Assembly (NCBI GenBank): GCA_963836755.1
Contig: CAWIKF010000002.1
Span: 1,600,001 to 1,664,000, forward strand
Direction: 5' to 3'
Origin: an uncultured Verrucomicrobiae bacterium
Lineage (GTDB): Bacteria; Verrucomicrobiota; Verrucomicrobiia; Chthoniobacterales; Chthoniobacteraceae
Length of the DNA: 64,000 nt
Both the position numbers and the translations under genes were made by a program. Positions 1-9,018 of the stretch are shown here, piece by piece (positions within the stretch are counted from its first letter, which is position 1; each line of letters opens with the position of its first letter). A model generated the notes under the pieces. The model was given only the letters and a program-made list of their open reading frames with translations, did not search any database and was not told where the DNA came from.

Positions 1-1
1 G

Positions 2-280
2 GCGATTTTAAAAAACGAAAACCTGCGCCTGAACCAGCAATTGATGGAGCTGCGCGCTCGGCCGGCGGCGGTCGCAGTAGGAGCCAGTCCCGCGCGAAGG
101 CCGATTCCAGCTGGCGCGCGGACCTACATCGTCGAGCCGCACGACACGCTGGCATCGATCTCGCGAAAATATTTCAAGACGTCCGCGCACTGGAAGGCGA
201 TCCAGGACGCAAATTTTCAGACGCTCGGCGGCACCGTGAAATTAAAGCCGGGGATGAAACTCATCATTCCCGACCGATGA
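2..280 (+). CDS. LysM peptidoglycan-binding domain protein, C-terminal part (5' end outside window)
   Basis: Frame is open from base 2. C-terminus YIVEPHDTLASISRKYF...LKPGMKLIIP matches the LysM pattern. Confidence 0.85.
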   Translation, partial: AILKNENLRLNQQLMELRARPAAVAVGASPARRPIPAGARTYIVEPHDTLASISRKYFKTSAHWKAIQDANFQTLGGTVKLKPGMKLIIPDR

Positions 281-1345
281 TCACGCGTTGACAGCGTCGA
301 TCAGAAGCCGGAGCCGGCCAAAGTTTGACTGGCGCGGTGTGAGGATGAGGCGCGGCAGATCTGCCAGCTCGGGCTCGTTCTTTTCCTGCGGCAACGCGCT
401 GCCTTGCGTGATTTTGCCCGACAACAAGATGTCGCCAAAGCGTTCATTCAACACAGCGATAGCATCTGCACCCAGTTGCTCGTGCATGCGGATGACCATT
501 TTTTTCCCGACCCAGCGATAGGAGACAAAGTTTTTGTAGAAGTGCAAAATTTCCGCGACTGCCTCGTCGACGTTCTCGCACAATTTGAAGAGCGAAAAGT
601 CATCCTCGCCGACGAGCCCGAGCTTCAGCAAATGCCCGCGCAGGAAATCCATCCACGTCTGCCAATACGTGCCGCTCGGATGATCGACGAAGACCAGCGG
701 GATGATCCGGCCTTTGCCCGTCTGCATCAGCGTGAGCACCTCGAACCCTTCATCGAGCGTGCCGAAGCCGCCCGGCAGCAGCGCCACCGCGTGCGTTTCC
801 TTCACGAAATTGAGCTTGCGCGTGAAGAAATAATTAAAGTTCACGAGCTTCGTGTCGCCGTGAATCGTCTCATTCGCACGCTGCTCGAATGGCAAGCGGA
901 TGTTTAAACCAAAGCTGTGTTCACGGCCCGCCCCGCGCTGCGCCGCGCCCATGATTCCTTCGCCGCCTCCGGTGATGATCATGTATTCGTGCTCGCGCAT
1001 TTTCCGCGCGAATTCTTCCGCGGCCTGGAATGAAGGCTCGGTCGGCTGGATTCGCGCGGAGCCGAAGACGACGACCTTTTTGATGTGCGTGTAAGGCGCA
1101 AAAACGCGCGCGGCGTAGCGAAGCTCTTTTAACGAACGGTTGAACAACTTCAAGTCCGCCACTGCCAGTCCGTCACGTCCCATTTTTAACGCGGTCACGA
1201 CCATTTCCTCGATCAGCTCGCATGATTTTCCGCAGCCGTAATCACTCACGAGTTGCTTGATGCGCCCGTCGATTTCCTCGCTTCCGCTCGTCGGTTGCGG
1301 CTGTGCGGGGAGCGCTGTGATTTCACCACCAGTAAAGTCGGGCAT
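281..1345 (-). CDS. LOG family nucleotide phosphoribohydrolase (TIGR00730-like)
   Basis: VFGSAR, ITGGGEGIMGAA, YFFTRK and PGGFGTLDE (PGGxGTxxE) motifs. Confidence 0.92.
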   Translation of the reverse strand: MPDFTGGEITALPAQPQPTSGSEEIDGRIKQLVSDYGCGKSCELIEEMVVTALKMGRDGLAVADLKLFNRSLKELRYAARVFAPYTHIKKVVVFGSARIQPTEPSFQAAEEFARKMREHEYMIITGGGEGIMGAAQRGAGREHSFGLNIRLPFEQRANETIHGDTKLVNFNYFFTRKLNFVKETHAVALLPGGFGTLDEGFEVLTLMQTGKGRIIPLVFVDHPSGTYWQTWMDFLRGHLLKLGLVGEDDFSLFKLCENVDEAVAEILHFYKNFVSYRWVGKKMVIRMHEQLGADAIAVLNERFGDILLSGKITQGSALPQEKNEPELADLPRLILTPRQSNFGRLRLLIDAVNA

Positions 1346-1478
1346 GATTCGGCCACAATGCCGGAGGAACGCGCGCCGATGAAATCAAAATCGCGCAAGG
1401 CAGCTTGCTTTTAAGACAGCCATCGGTGTGGAGAATCCCGAGTGATCAGTGTCTATACAAATGTTTTCCTCTTAACGC

Positions 1479-1494
1479 TGGCACGCGCGATGCT
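1479..1494 (+). promoter_or_regulatory. Candidate sigma54 (-24/-12) promoter
   Basis: TGGCACGCGCGATGCT has exact GG-N10-GC spacing and one mismatch to TGGCACGNNNNTTGCW. It ends 15 nt before the ATG at 1510. Confidence 0.65.
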
Positions 1495-1509
1495 TCTCTC
1501 ACAACCCCG

Positions 1510-2202
1510 ATGATTCGAGCGAATTGCCGGGACCGATTTACTGCGGACGATTTTCGCTTCATCGTCCAGACCCTCGGCAAGTCCCGCCAATCGGCAGTTT
1601 CCCTCACAGATTTGCTCGGCGACGAGGAGACGCGCGACTCGATTCTCGACCATGAATTGCTGGTGCACGCGATCCTTTCGCACGATGCGCACTTGTCCAT
1701 TTCGCCACAGTTTTACTTCTACATTTTGACCAGACATGTCTTGAAAGACGCAGGTCTGCGCGACCGGCGAATCAGCGATTATCTTGCGTCATTGCTGGAA
1801 ACTTTTTCTCGCACTGCCAGGTTGAAATCGCCGGCCGGTTCGGGTGAAAACCCGCTTCAATACTTATCCGACATGCTGCTCGCATTGCGCGACGCATCGC
1901 CTGTGCAGACGTTTTTGATCCGCGCACATGTGGGAAATTACTCGCTGTTTCTAAGCGGAATTTTTCCGGAAAATGTTCAGCGCCGCTGCGATCGCGGTGC
2001 GCCCGATTTTTCTTATTACGAGGAAGTCGGGCGGATGAACTTTAAAGTTGTCGCCAATCATGCGGTCGCGCGCTCCGCGGATTTGAGCGACATTTACAAC
2101 GCGCTGGCAGCGCAATTTCACGACATCCGGCTCGCGCTCAATCGGCTCGCGGATACGCTCATGAACATTGATGACGCCGCGCACATCCCGCTCCTCGGAT
2201 GA
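1510..2202 (+). CDS. Uncharacterised alpha-helical protein
   Basis: Long ORF, probable start MIRANCRDRF at 1510. Its stop overlaps the next start (ATGA). Confidence 0.8.
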   Translation: MIRANCRDRFTADDFRFIVQTLGKSRQSAVSLTDLLGDEETRDSILDHELLVHAILSHDAHLSISPQFYFYILTRHVLKDAGLRDRRISDYLASLLETFSRTARLKSPAGSGENPLQYLSDMLLALRDASPVQTFLIRAHVGNYSLFLSGIFPENVQRRCDRGAPDFSYYEEVGRMNFKVVANHAVARSADLSDIYNALAAQFHDIRLALNRLADTLMNIDDAAHIPLLG

Positions 2203-2900
2203 AGTGCGCCACGCTTTTCCGCGAGATTCAGGATTTGTTTGAGCGCACGTATGCGCGCGTCGGAATCAATCTTGAGGATTGCCTCATCGACCGGCAGCGC
2301 TGCGGCCAGCTGAGCCGGCTTGCGGGCGCATCGGCGCGGGAGCTGAGCGGACTCGCGCGCACATTTTTGCGCCGCTCGGGCGACCAGCTTTACATCGGGA
2401 TTTATTATTCGCGCTGGCTGATCGAGAAGTTGGAAAACAACGATCCCCGTCACGGTATCACGGGCGAAAACATCCGTTCGCTGATCGTTTTCGTGGAGGA
2501 GATTAACCATGCGTTGCACGCCGCGCTCAAATTTCAAAACGGACAACGCGAAGTCCTCGACGAAGATTTTGCACGCAACCTTGAGTTTCAGGCGCAGGTC
2601 GACACGTATCTCGTGCTGCTGCTTTTCGTGGCGTTCTTTCGCAAGACGCAAAAAATTTCGCATGCGGATCGGCGCTGGCTGCGGTTCCACATGTTTTCCG
2701 CGCAAACGCGAAACGCGTATACCGATCCAAATTTGCGCGGCCGATACATGGAAACGGCGGCGCTTGCAGAGAGTTATACAAGATATCTCGACGCGTTGAA
2801 TGCTGTGCGGCGTGTTGAGGAAATCCGAATTTTTCACGCGCTCGATTACGGCGAGAAAAAAAAGCGCATTTTGGAACTGAAAAATCGCGAAATTTCGTAA
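2199..2900 (+). CDS. Uncharacterised protein with EExxH zincin-like motif
   Basis: 233 aa ORF coupled to the upstream gene by a 4-nt overlap. Contains FVEEINHALH...LEFQAQVD. Confidence 0.8.
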   Translation: MKCATLFREIQDLFERTYARVGINLEDCLIDRQRCGQLSRLAGASARELSGLARTFLRRSGDQLYIGIYYSRWLIEKLENNDPRHGITGENIRSLIVFVEEINHALHAALKFQNGQREVLDEDFARNLEFQAQVDTYLVLLLFVAFFRKTQKISHADRRWLRFHMFSAQTRNAYTDPNLRGRYMETAALAESYTRYLDALNAVRRVEEIRIFHALDYGEKKKRILELKNREIS

Positions 2901-2941
2901 CGCGGATTGCCAAGCGCCGCGTGCCGCGCTTTAACTTGCGC

Positions 2942-3730
2942 ATGCTTCACCTCACGATCCTCGGCTCCGGCAGCGCCGGCAATTGCGCCGTGGTCGAGAG
3001 CGGCCAATGCACGCTGCTCATCGATGGTGGACTGAGCGCGCGGCAGATCGTGACGCGGCTGGAAAGTGTGGGGATTAATCCGCTCGAGCTGGATGGAATT
3101 TTGCTCACACATGAGCACATCGATCACGTGGGCGGGCTTGATGTTTTGTGCAAAAAGTTTTGCGTGCCGATTTATTGCAACGCGCTTACGGCGGAAGCGC
3201 TGCGGCGCAGCGAGGCGGCGTGCCGAAAAAACTTTCGCCTCTTCCAGACCGGCGGCGAATTCACCGTGAAGGACATCACGGTGCAGACTTTCCCGATTCC
3301 GCACGATGCAGTCGATCCGGTCGGGTTTGTTTTACATCAGGATTCGTCGGCACTCGGCTTTTGCACCGACCTTGGGTTCGCCACGAAGCTTGTGTTTGAG
3401 CGGCTTCGCGCGGTGCAGACGCTGGTGATCGAGACAAATCACGACGAAAAAATGTTGCAGGCGGACACGCGCCGACCCTGGCCCGTGAAGCAACGGATCA
3501 TGTCGCGGCACGGACATCTGTCGAATGCAGCTGCTGCGGAAGTGCTCGTGCAATTACTCGAGGGCGGCCTGCGCCGTGCGGTGCTTGGGCACTTGAGCCG
3601 CGATTGCAACCGACCGGAGCTGGCGCTCGATGCGGTGCGAGGGCGCTTTGCGGAAGCGGGTGCCGATGTGGAGGTTTTCTGCGCATCGCAGGCAGAAAAG
3701 AGTGCGCGCTTTTCGATAACGGCTGTTTAA
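2942..3730 (+). CDS. MBL-fold metallo-hydrolase (YycJ/WalJ-like)
   Basis: LGSGSAGN, THEHIDH (HxHxDH), PHDA, ETNHD, GHLSN and GHLS motifs. ATG at 2942. Confidence 0.92.
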   Translation: MLHLTILGSGSAGNCAVVESGQCTLLIDGGLSARQIVTRLESVGINPLELDGILLTHEHIDHVGGLDVLCKKFCVPIYCNALTAEALRRSEAACRKNFRLFQTGGEFTVKDITVQTFPIPHDAVDPVGFVLHQDSSALGFCTDLGFATKLVFERLRAVQTLVIETNHDEKMLQADTRRPWPVKQRIMSRHGHLSNAAAAEVLVQLLEGGLRRAVLGHLSRDCNRPELALDAVRGRFAEAGADVEVFCASQAEKSARFSITAV

Positions 3731-4401
3731 CCTTCCGTTTGCTGCTCTTCCTCTGCCGCCGGCAAAGCCGGTATCTCGCCTGCGGTCATCGCGGCGCGGT
3801 GGATTTCCTGCAACCGGTGCTGCGCGTTCGCGGAATATTTCGTGTCCGGAAGGGTTTCGATGATTTGCGAAAGGAGCGCGCAGGCGCGGTCGGAATCGCC
3901 GCGGAAATTCCAGTAAACGTCGACGAGGCGATTCGCGAGAAAAGTCCCTTGCTCCGGCGCCCACTCGTTTTGAAGCGCGCGTTCCAAAAGTGCCGCCGCG
4001 CTTTCTGGGTCGCCGGATTTCTCGCAATAAAGTTTCGCGGCCTCGCTCAGCGCATGCGTGTCCGACGGATCATTTTCAAAAATTTCAAGATAGCTCGCGA
4101 TCGCACCTTCGTAATCGCCCTGCGCGATTTTCGCGAGCGCTTCGCTGTGCGGGTCGTGCTCGATCTGCTCATTCGGATTGAAGAAAAAATCTCCAATCCA
4201 GTCGCCAATCGCCGGCACGAGTGAGAGCGCGGTGATCATGCCGGCGATGACGGCGAGCAAAACGATGCCGATGAAAAGATAAACGACTTTTGTCTGGTCG
4301 GCGTGTTCGGCTGTTTGCATCACGCGCGTTTCGTGAAACAGGACGAAGCCAAACCAGATGAGGGCAGCAACAATGAGAGCGCGAGGGAGGATCGTCTTCA
4401 T
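3727..4401 (-). CDS. Membrane-anchored tetratricopeptide-repeat-like protein
   Basis: Two N-terminal hydrophobic helices followed by TPR-like helices (GDYEGAIASY, AAALLERAL). ATG at 4401. Confidence 0.7.
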   Translation of the reverse strand: MKTILPRALIVAALIWFGFVLFHETRVMQTAEHADQTKVVYLFIGIVLLAVIAGMITALSLVPAIGDWIGDFFFNPNEQIEHDPHSEALAKIAQGDYEGAIASYLEIFENDPSDTHALSEAAKLYCEKSGDPESAAALLERALQNEWAPEQGTFLANRLVDVYWNFRGDSDRACALLSQIIETLPDTKYSANAQHRLQEIHRAAMTAGEIPALPAAEEEQQTEG

Positions 4402-4512
4402 GAGTCTGAGGGGGAGCTTTGATCTAAGCAAACCGAGGATGCGACGTAAATCGATTTGCGAAGCCCTTTTCACTTGCCATCGGCGAGGCGACCGCGAAGA
4501 TACCGCTGCCCC

Positions 4513-4583
4513 GCGGGCATAGCTTAATGGTAAAGCTCCAGCCTTCCAAGCTGGCCATGAGGGTTCGATTCCCTTTGCCCGCT
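4513..4583 (+). tRNA. tRNA-Gly (TCC)
   Basis: Acceptor stem GCGGGCA/TGCCCGC, anticodon arm CCAGC-CTTCCAA-GCTGG, T-loop GGTTCGATTCC. CCA is not encoded. Confidence 0.97.
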
Positions 4584-4676
4584 CTCATTTTAGAAAAATT
4601 CCATGTCGCAAAATAATTCTCTTGCTCGTCAAAGTTTGCTCCGGTAAACGAAAACGCTTCCCGGTTTTTCCCACCT

Positions 4677-6134
4677 ATGAAACGGCGTTTCACGGCAATC
4701 ACTCTCGCGAGTCTCCTCGCAACTGGCACAGTCGGCGCGCAGGATGCAGCTCCTGCCGATAGCGGCACGAGCACGGACATCGCGCCCCCCTCAAATAACG
4801 CGCCCTCATCGTCATTCGCACCGTCGACCGGTCCGAACGAAGCATCGCCATTGCCTAGCGAAAGCGGCGCGCTCACGCCTGGGGGGAACCAAGCACTTTC
4901 TGCCGGCGTGGTCTCAGGCGCAGCTCCAGTGGCTCCGCCTTCAAGTTTCGATCTTCCTGGCGGCAATGGCTTTTTGCCGACCACGGCGACGGCGGGCCAG
5001 GGGCGATTCGCGCAGCCGAGGTTCCGTGTCACCGTCTCGCTGTCGCAGGGATACAATGACAACGTTTACGATACGCCATCGCATCCGATTGTGCCGCAGA
5101 AGAAGATTGGCAGCGCTGTCACCAATGGACGAATCGCGTTTCAGACACAGGCAATCACTCCGCGCAGTGTTTTCACTTTAGATGCAAGCGGCGGCGTCCT
5201 TTATTATTGGGATCGGCCCGGTCGTGCGACTGATTATGAAGGAGACGTCGGCCTTTCTTTCGCCCATCGCATCAATCCTCGCATGAATGTCTCCGCGCAG
5301 GGGAATGCGGTTTTTTCCAGCGAGCCCGATTTTAGCCGAATCAACACGCCATCGGGCCGATCCGTCACGGACGAATATTTCTCGGCGAATACGAAGCTCG
5401 ATTTGACCTACGGTTGGACGCGGCGCTTTTCCACGGATTCGAGCTATTTTTTCAATACCACGGTGCCCATCAATCAGAACAATACGGGTCAGGTCGGCAT
5501 CAACAAGTATTACGAGAACGGGCTCGGAACGGAGTTTCGCTATACCGTTTCGCCGCGCTCGACCGCGGTGCTCGATTTTCGTGAAACATTGGACACGCAT
5601 CCCGATGATTCGCAGCAGGATTCCAATAGCACATTCCTGCTGGCTGGTTTCGATTATGCCGCGAGCAATCGGATTCATGCAACGCTGCGCGTGGGCGACC
5701 AAATTCGCAATTTTAGCGAGGGCGATACGGAGAACACGCCTTACGTTGAAACCACGGCATCGTATCTCTTCTCGCGGGGAAGCGTGATTTGGACGAACCG
5801 CTATGGATTCGAGGAAGCCGGCAGCGCATTTGAGAGCGCGACGCAAAGCCGCCTCACTTATCGGACAAGTCTTGGACTTACCTACGCTTTTGGAGCTCGC
5901 CTTACCTCAAATGTCGGGGTTGCGTATAACTACAACACCGTTTCAACCGTCAGTGGGCCGTCGCAACCGGACATCACCGAGCAGCAATTACAAGTGAACG
6001 CAGGCCTCACCTATGTCGTGACCAGTCATCTGGCATTTAACCTCAATTATACTTTGACGAAGCTCTTCTCGAATCAGCAGGGGCAGGATTATCTGACCAA
6101 TCAGATCTTTCTCGGCGCGAGCTACTCATTTTAG
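4677..6134 (+). CDS. Outer-membrane beta-barrel protein associated with exopolysaccharide export
   Basis: Signal peptide, Pro/Ser-rich N-terminus, amphipathic beta-strands and C-terminal GASYSF. Lies directly upstream of wzc-wza. Confidence 0.8.
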   Translation: MKRRFTAITLASLLATGTVGAQDAAPADSGTSTDIAPPSNNAPSSSFAPSTGPNEASPLPSESGALTPGGNQALSAGVVSGAAPVAPPSSFDLPGGNGFLPTTATAGQGRFAQPRFRVTVSLSQGYNDNVYDTPSHPIVPQKKIGSAVTNGRIAFQTQAITPRSVFTLDASGGVLYYWDRPGRATDYEGDVGLSFAHRINPRMNVSAQGNAVFSSEPDFSRINTPSGRSVTDEYFSANTKLDLTYGWTRRFSTDSSYFFNTTVPINQNNTGQVGINKYYENGLGTEFRYTVSPRSTAVLDFRETLDTHPDDSQQDSNSTFLLAGFDYAASNRIHATLRVGDQIRNFSEGDTENTPYVETTASYLFSRGSVIWTNRYGFEEAGSAFESATQSRLTYRTSLGLTYAFGARLTSNVGVAYNYNTVSTVSGPSQPDITEQQLQVNAGLTYVVTSHLAFNLNYTLTKLFSNQQGQDYLTNQIFLGASYSF

Positions 6135-6234
6135 TTTTTTCATTCGCCCGTTGGAACTTTCGTTCCATGAGGGCTTGCGGCTTGGTGGCAGGCGGATTAC
6201 CTTGGCGGGCTGATTTGCGCTTTTCCCTCTTGCT

Positions 6235-8373
6235 ATGGATGACTCGACTGAAATCAAACTGCACTTCCTTGACTATTGGCGCGTTCTAAGGGCGCGCGCT
6301 GGCGTCATTGCGCTCGTGTTCTTGCTGACGATGGTCACGGCGGGAATCACGACCTATTTTCTCCCCAGGCAGTATTTTTCCCAAGTCACGCTGGAGGTAA
6401 AGCCAGATGACACCGGCGTCAAGGTTTTCGGGAATGCTGATCCGAGAGGAAGCCGCGACCCACAATTCGCGCCGACTCAGTTCCAGATTTTGCGGAGCAA
6501 GGAAATTCTCTACCCTGTCATCGACACCTTGGGCCTGGATCAGAAGTGGGCTGCCGGAGGACGGCCGCTGCCCAAAGAGCAGGCCTACTTCCGTTTGATC
6601 GGGATGCTGGACATGGAGGAAATCCGCAACACGGATTTAATCACGATTGGAGTTTATTCTACCGAGCCCACCGAAGCAGCGAATATCGCGAACTCAATCG
6701 CGGTGGTTTATCAGGATAAGCGCCGCTCCGATCAAACGAAGTTGCTGACACAGGGTCTCGGGCAGGTAGAGGAGGAAGTCGCGAAGCAGCGGAAGGTCGT
6801 CGTGGAAGCTTCGGCGGCGGCAGCGAAACTTCGTATCGAGCAAAACATCATCGATCCAAATCCTGAATCGCTGGACAACTCGGACATGATCACGCGCCCG
6901 GTCGTCGCTGACGAGCAAAAGGCGGAAGACGCAAAGGCTGAGCTGGCCCGTTTGAAGGCGCAGATTGAACAGATCGACAAACTTTCATCCGAGGCGCTCA
7001 TGGTCGGCCTGCACACCTTGGGAATCGATGATCCGACGATCGCGAAGACGCTGCCGATCTATCAAGATGCTGAGATTGAAAAGGCGAGGTTGCTGAATTC
7101 CGGATTGGGGCCTAATCATCCGCGAATCAAAGCCCTGCAAGCCATCGAGCAAGTGCAAGGGCGCCAGTTGAGCGAAGCTGTTGCTGCTTTAAAGCAATCC
7201 CTCCAAACCAAGGAAAGGATTCAGGAAGCTACTGTCGCAGAGTTTGATAGCAAGCTCGCCGCCAGCCGCGACCTCTATCAAAAAAGCCGCAACCAGAGCG
7301 AAGAATACATCGACGCCAAGAACAAGTATATTCAGGCGAAGCGCGTCCTAGAGTCTGCCGAGTTAAACTTGAATTCGCAGTCTATGCAAAGCCGCATCTC
7401 AATCCAGCCGGCAAAGTTGTGGGAACGCGCCGAACCGGCACTCTATCCGGCGAAGCCCAACGTCATTGCCTACTTGATGCTGGCCGCTCTCGTTGGACTT
7501 ATTGTGGGTGTAGGACTCGCCTTCTTCCTCGAGTATCTCGATACCAGCGTGAAGACTCTCGACGATGTCGAAAAGTTTCTCGGCATTCCCGTGCTGGCAG
7601 TCGTCCCGAAAAAGCCGGGCCTGCTCATGCATGAGCATGATGAAAACACCGTCGACGCCGAAGCTTACGGCATGTTGCGCACCAGTATTGAGTTTAATAG
7701 GAAGAGTCCCGATTCAAACGTCATCACCATTGTGAGTGGCGGCATCGGCGAAGGAAAATCGACGACGCTCTGCAACCTTGCCTACACCTGTTCCAAAGGT
7801 GGATATCAAGTATTGATCATAGACGCTGATCTACGCCGTCCTTCACAACATAAGTTCTTTGCCGTGGATAACGATATAGGTCTCGCCGACTACCTCACGA
7901 GCAACACGCCTTGGGAACAGGTAGTTCGCACGACTGAAGTCGAGAACCTTTCGCTCATATCGAGCGGAGTTTTGTCCGGTGAAGCAGTAGGAGTGATTAA
8001 CTCGCTTCGGATGGCAGACCTTATTGAAAAGACGAAACGCAACTATGACTTGGTCTTCATCGATTCACCGCCTGTGCTCGGAGTCAGTGATGGCTCGGTT
8101 TTGGTGAGCGAAGGGGACTTAACCATCATGGTAGTAGAACATAGGCGCTTCCCCCGTTCGATGCTGCAGCGCGCGAAGCAAGTAGTGCTAAGCATGGGTG
8201 GCACTCTTCTTGGCGTAGTCCTCAACAAAGTAGATACTCGTCACGACCAAGGCTACGAATACTACACAAACTATTACTATGCCTCAAAGCATCCGGACGA
8301 AAAAAAGCCGCTGGCAGCGGCGAAGTTTCGCGTGGAACCTTCCCGCCCGATGAGTTCGGGAGAACAATATTAA
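6235..8373 (+). CDS. wzc: Polysaccharide co-polymerase / tyrosine autokinase (Wzc/GumC type)
   Basis: Two TM helices flank a coiled-coil periplasmic domain. Walker A GEGKST, IDADLRRP, IDSPP and a Tyr cluster YEYYTNYYY are present. Confidence 0.93.
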   Translation: MDDSTEIKLHFLDYWRVLRARAGVIALVFLLTMVTAGITTYFLPRQYFSQVTLEVKPDDTGVKVFGNADPRGSRDPQFAPTQFQILRSKEILYPVIDTLGLDQKWAAGGRPLPKEQAYFRLIGMLDMEEIRNTDLITIGVYSTEPTEAANIANSIAVVYQDKRRSDQTKLLTQGLGQVEEEVAKQRKVVVEASAAAAKLRIEQNIIDPNPESLDNSDMITRPVVADEQKAEDAKAELARLKAQIEQIDKLSSEALMVGLHTLGIDDPTIAKTLPIYQDAEIEKARLLNSGLGPNHPRIKALQAIEQVQGRQLSEAVAALKQSLQTKERIQEATVAEFDSKLAASRDLYQKSRNQSEEYIDAKNKYIQAKRVLESAELNLNSQSMQSRISIQPAKLWERAEPALYPAKPNVIAYLMLAALVGLIVGVGLAFFLEYLDTSVKTLDDVEKFLGIPVLAVVPKKPGLLMHEHDENTVDAEAYGMLRTSIEFNRKSPDSNVITIVSGGIGEGKSTTLCNLAYTCSKGGYQVLIIDADLRRPSQHKFFAVDNDIGLADYLTSNTPWEQVVRTTEVENLSLISSGVLSGEAVGVINSLRMADLIEKTKRNYDLVFIDSPPVLGVSDGSVLVSEGDLTIMVVEHRRFPRSMLQRAKQVVLSMGGTLLGVVLNKVDTRHDQGYEYYTNYYYASKHPDEKKPLAAAKFRVEPSRPMSSGEQY

Positions 8374-8376
8374 GCT

Positions 8377-8928
8377 ATGAGGCGCGTCGCTTTTCTGTCC
8401 CTGATTCTGATCCTTTGCGGAGCCTACCAGTCAATGGCGCAAGCTAGATTGCGACCGGGAGACACCGTCGATTTGCGACTCGCGGGAGTGCCTGCTGATG
8501 AGACTCAGCAGTTCAGCGGATCTTATACGCTCGACCAAGCCGGCATGATCAATCTCCCTTACATAGGTCAGGTCAAAGCCGGCGGAGACCTCGTAAATCA
8601 GGTTCAAAGTAACATCGAGAATAAACTTAGGACCGAGGGAATTTACACACATCCGACCATCACGATCCAGACGCAGGCAGGTCAGCGATTTGTCAATGTC
8701 GGCGGCTCAGTGCGTTCCCCAGGAAGAATTATTTACACGCCAGATCTGACGTTAATGTCCGCCATTAATGCGGCAGGAGGCCCTGGTGATTTCGCGAAGC
8801 AAGGTGCATTTTTGACGCGCGGCGGAAAACGGGTTTACTACGATCTGAAGCAGCTCAAGAAAGATCCTTCGCAAGATCCAGCCATCCTCCCCGGCGACCA
8901 AATCGAGGTTCCGCAAAGCCTCTGGTAG
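8377..8928 (+). CDS. wza: Polysaccharide export protein (Wza/Poly_export plus SLBB domain)
   Basis: LRPGD, GMINLPYIGQVKAGG, VGGSVRSPG, AINAAGG and ILPGDQIEVP motifs. Confidence 0.9.
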   Translation: MRRVAFLSLILILCGAYQSMAQARLRPGDTVDLRLAGVPADETQQFSGSYTLDQAGMINLPYIGQVKAGGDLVNQVQSNIENKLRTEGIYTHPTITIQTQAGQRFVNVGGSVRSPGRIIYTPDLTLMSAINAAGGPGDFAKQGAFLTRGGKRVYYDLKQLKKDPSQDPAILPGDQIEVPQSLW

Positions 8929-9018
8929 CTGCCGGCCTCTTCGGTCGCGGATAAAGGTTCCATTCCGTCTCGGAATTTCTTTGAAGCGCTGCGCCGCTTC
9001 ACGCACCTTTGTTTCCGC

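Noticed and set aside
278..283. TGATCA palindrome at abutting LysM/LOG stops, and the TTAA overlap at 3727-3730
   Set aside because: Trivial consequence of adjacent convergent stop codons.
4560..4583. tRNA-Gly 3' end as an integration (att) site
   Set aside because: No second copy of the tRNA 3' end was noticed and no integrase is adjacent. This was a by-eye check only.
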